In this document: piece by piece, positions 60,801 to 63,941 of the stretch
Numbering within the stretch: position 1 is the stretch's first letter
Layout: every line of letters begins with the position of its first letter
DNA from: Myxococcota bacterium
GTDB taxonomy: Bacteria > Myxococcota_A > SURF-8 > G963663525
Reading direction: 5' to 3'
Length of the DNA: 63,941 bases
Assembly: GCA_963676915.2 (NCBI GenBank)
Contig: CAXXVK010000070.1
Location: 1-63,941 of the forward strand
Made by a program: the position numbers and the translations under genes
Notes under the pieces: generated by a model
What the model was told of the DNA's origin: nothing
What the model saw: only the letters and a program-made list of their open reading frames with translations
Databases searched by the model: none

Positions 60801-62704
60801 TTACCGGGCAGCGGCTCCGGTTCCTTTGATGTCGATTCGGACGAACGACGAATCGAAGGTAGTCGAAAGCGGACCGTTGTTGCTCATTTCGTGCTCGATG
60901 ACGAGTTCATCCTCGACGAGACCTGCCGACGTCGGCGCGAAGCGTACGGTCAGCGTCGTGCTTTCACCGGGAGCAATGGAGTGCGGAAGCGCCTCGGCAA
61001 CATCGTAGGTGAATGCGCTATTGGTCACTTCGACGCCTCTTCAAGACCCCAGCGGGAGCGTTTTCTCCCGCAATATTGCGAACCACGACCGAAAGAGTTT
61101 TTTCCGTACCGACGAGAACGGTTCCGAAATCCAATTGGGTCGGACCAACCCAAACCTGCGAGGATTCGCAATACGAACCGAGAAGGGCGCAAGTGGTTCC
61201 TTCGCTATTGATCACGCTGGATTCCGAGTCGCACCAGATGGAGCGTGGATTCGAGCAATCCAGCGGATCGAGCGGCAAAATGCTTCCGTCGCCATCCTGT
61301 GGATTGGGAAAAGAACTTGTCTCCGAAAGGGGGACCGTCTCGAACGTGACGTTCTCTTCTTCCGTCCAAACGACATCCGCCACTTTCCAAAGAATGCCAG
61401 CCGCCGTAAAGACCTGTTGCCACTGTTGGGTTCGTTGACCGTTTACGTAAACATTTACGGTCGCGGTTGCCGGGTTTTGTTCGGTAACGGATTCGTCCGG
61501 GTCCGAGAAGAAACGAACCACGATACGATATTTTCCCGGCGCGGGTTTGGGAATCTCGATCAGTTCCGGTCCCCAACCATCCACATCGTCGATGGTCATA
61601 ACCGCATCGTCCAACGATTGTTCGGGATCCCCCCAGTTGGCGGTTGGGTTGATAAAACCGCAGGTGTCCTCCAAGCGTTCTTCCCAGGAAATATCCTCTT
61701 CGGACAGGTCGAACGAATAGGGGAACGGCGTTCCGTCTTGATAGCCGAACGTGCCATTGTCCGCAATAGCGAACTAGGAACAGATCGAAATCCGTATTGT
61801 TTCCCTGATCCCAAACCAGCTCCACGAAAAAGGAGGATTCATCGGTAGCGATGATTCGGCAACCCGATTCATCACAATAGCAGTTGGGTTCCCAGGGGAA
61901 ACAGATTGTGTAAACCGCCGTGTCGCCTTGGGCGAGGGTGTTGTCTTCACCGGTTTCCTCATCGTCCGCTTGTCCGTTGTCGTTCATATCGGAAACCAGA
62001 AGGAAAGCCTCGCTGATGGTTTTTTCCAACAGGCCGTCCGAATCGACGTCGATCAGGTAGGAACCATCCGGCAGCGGCTCCAGGTTCGTCCAGTCCACAG
62101 CACCGTTCAGATCGACCAGGTTCAGCGCGACGACGAAGGCTTCCTCTTCTCCTTTGTTCCACTGCCAGACTCCGGTTTTCTTTTTCAGCGAAATCGCACC
62201 CCCCAAATCGGCCTCGAACCTCACCGGAGAGTCATTTCGGGTGCCGCTGGCGATAAACGGCGCTTCTCCGTCCTGTCCTTCCAGGATTAACGACAGCACG
62301 GAATAAGAACCCTCCGTCGGCAGGTAAGCTTTCAATCGGACCTCACCGGTATCGAACAATTCGAAAGTTTTGGGGCTGTCGAAAGTGAACGATTCCGTGG
62401 TTCCATCGTCCTCATTGTATAGCGCCAGTCCTCTGAGGCTCAGCTTCACCGATGTCCATACCGTCGGTTGCGCTCCGGCCCAAACCGGCACGAAGGCATC
62501 CCAACCCAAAACCACGATCGCCGGGTTGCCATCCGTGGAGCCGTTACCCAGCGTATGAAAGGACAAATTGGTCGGCTCGTCCGTAAGGCTGTCGCGATCT
62601 CCCGATGGTTCAGGCTGATAGGTTCCTGAGTCGCTTTCGCATCCGGCCACCAGCCAGATGCAGGCCAGCAGCATGGCCAGAATTTTTGGGAAAAGTTGTC
62701 TCAT
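60801..62704 (-). CDS. Multidomain surface lipoprotein (N-terminal beta domain, YfaP-like domain, C-terminal ASH/Ig-like domain); apparent frameshifts near 61700-61760 and 61040
   Basis: Lipobox VAGC, VELVWDQGNNTDFDLFL, IDDVDGWGPELIEIPKPAPGKYRIVVRFF, and PTQLDFGTVLVG...SIAPGESTTLTVRFAPTSAG across three ORFs. Confidence 0.65.
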
Positions 62705-63618
62705 TTTTTCACTCCTTGCTCTGTTTTGTCGTTTGTTGTGGTCCGGGACTTCTTCCCCGGTCGTTCCCGACAAAGTTTGAATAATTGCAAATTGACTCTG
62801 AGAATTTCTTCGATGGGTTCATCTTCGGCGACGATTTCTTCTACCTGACTGAGGAAATCCTCAGCCAGCTCCCTGATTTTTTCGCTTTGGTTTTTCGAGA
62901 GTGCCAGCGTGCTGCCGACGACGAAACGATGGTCCTGAGACTGGCCGTCGATGGCTTCTTCGGCGAGTCGGATCATGGCTCGGTGATAGTTGCGAACGGC
63001 CAGCCGGGCCACCGGGTCGCGGTCCGTACGGTCTTCGGGTTGACCTATGAAAGGGTTGCTCTGAACGAGTTTCCCTTTAGAGTCTCGTTCAAGAAAGCCG
63101 AGATCCAAAAGTCGCTCGATTCCTTTTTCGGCCTGGTGAGGGGTGATTTTAGGAAACATTCGTTTGGCGATGCTTTTGGGGGCTTCCTCAAAATCATCGA
63201 GCGTGACCATGGCTCGAAGCGCGGGGAGATACCATTCCTCGTAGTATTCCCATCGAATGTCCGAACCGCTTTTTCGTTGTTTCGTCTCACGAAACTGACG
63301 CATCTGACGGAGGTACTCGTTGCGATCTTTATCGGATTTCGCCTGATTCATCGCCGACATCAGGGACAAGTATTGCGACTCCCGGCTGCTGAGTCCGAAA
63401 GCCCGTGCATACCGGGTTGCAGCCGTACGGCTCAGCGGTGAACGACCTTCGACGATCTGCCAGAAATGGTTGGACGTCGAACTGAATCCCGCTTTTCTCT
63501 GAATGAAACTGTAGGAGAAATTCCGATCCCGTTCGTTGCATTCTTCGTAAGCCGCTTTTAAGAACGACCGGTAATCGTTGAAATCGAACACGGAAACGTG
63601 AAGTTTGTGTTTTTTCAT
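62701..63618 (-). CDS. TIGR02147-family protein (HTH-like N-terminus, DUF4423-like C-terminus)
   Basis: VFDFNDYRSFLK...FSY...KAGFSS, YYEEWYLPALR, NYHRAMIRLAEEAI and VNLQLF; AGGAGG Shine-Dalgarno. Confidence 0.85.
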   Translation of the reverse strand: MKKHKLHVSVFDFNDYRSFLKAAYEECNERDRNFSYSFIQRKAGFSSTSNHFWQIVEGRSPLSRTAATRYARAFGLSSRESQYLSLMSAMNQAKSDKDRNEYLRQMRQFRETKQRKSGSDIRWEYYEEWYLPALRAMVTLDDFEEAPKSIAKRMFPKITPHQAEKGIERLLDLGFLERDSKGKLVQSNPFIGQPEDRTDRDPVARLAVRNYHRAMIRLAEEAIDGQSQDHRFVVGSTLALSKNQSEKIRELAEDFLSQVEEIVAEDEPIEEILRVNLQLFKLCRERPGKKSRTTTNDKTEQGVKK

Positions 63619-63823
63619 GGACTGTTACCTCCTGGTTTCAGGATAGAAGAATCCGTTTGGGAGTCAAGATTTACAAATTTTTTTCGTGTATAATTGCTAC
63701 ATGAAAAATTATCTTAAATAGGCTATAAATACATGAATTAACTTGTAATAAATTAATTTAAACAAAACAGTAAAGACTGTTTTAACAATAAAAATACTAC
63801 GTGAATGATAGGTGAATGTTCGC

Positions 63824-63851
63824 GTAGGTCGGGCTAATTTTTAGCCCGACA
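63824..63851 (+). repeat. GTAG-type REP palindrome, family A
   Basis: GTAG-GTCGGGCTAA-TTT-TTAGCCCGAC-A with a perfect 10-bp stem. Confidence 0.72.
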
Positions 63852-63941
63852 TCAGGCAATTGATCCCCCCCCTTTTTGAACAATTTTTCCGTCTGTAACT
63901 TATTGAAATTATTGAAGCTCAAAAACGACAAAATACCTTTG

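Overview
Bacterial chromosomal segment with moderately high GC. Gene content points to a deltaproteobacterial/Myxococcota-type organism: Glt-like TPR proteins, an AgmX/PglI-type TonB protein, a TIGR02147-like protein, ftsH-folP-cdaA-cdaR and many acidic lipoproteins. The most notable feature is a ~16.4 kb co-oriented locus (4234-20618). It encodes a secreted coiled-coil protein, three large TPR proteins (GltC/D/E-like), a GltF-like small protein, an in-operon TolQ/ExbB + 2x TolR/ExbD proton motor and a GltG-like TonB protein. These are followed by a secreted Thr/Ser-rich protein, an outer-membrane beta-barrel and a short Wza/OPX polysaccharide-export protein, and the locus is flanked by two GT-C-type membrane glycosyltransferases and a radical SAM enzyme. 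The rest holds a substrate-binding-protein/legumain (C13) fusion, housekeeping genes (queG, purA, serA, class V aminotransferase, ftsH, folP, cdaA, cdaR, nadD, mrdA), signalling genes (GAF-HD-GYP, cNMP-binding protein, histidine kinase), several unknown lipoproteins, a two-copy MITE-like element and several families of REP-like palindromes. Many genes in the first ~8 kb and near 23-25 kb and 61-62 kb are broken by single-base indels, most likely sequencing errors. No rRNA, tRNA, CRISPR array or transposase gene was recognised. All family assignments come from motif recognition by eye, not database searches.
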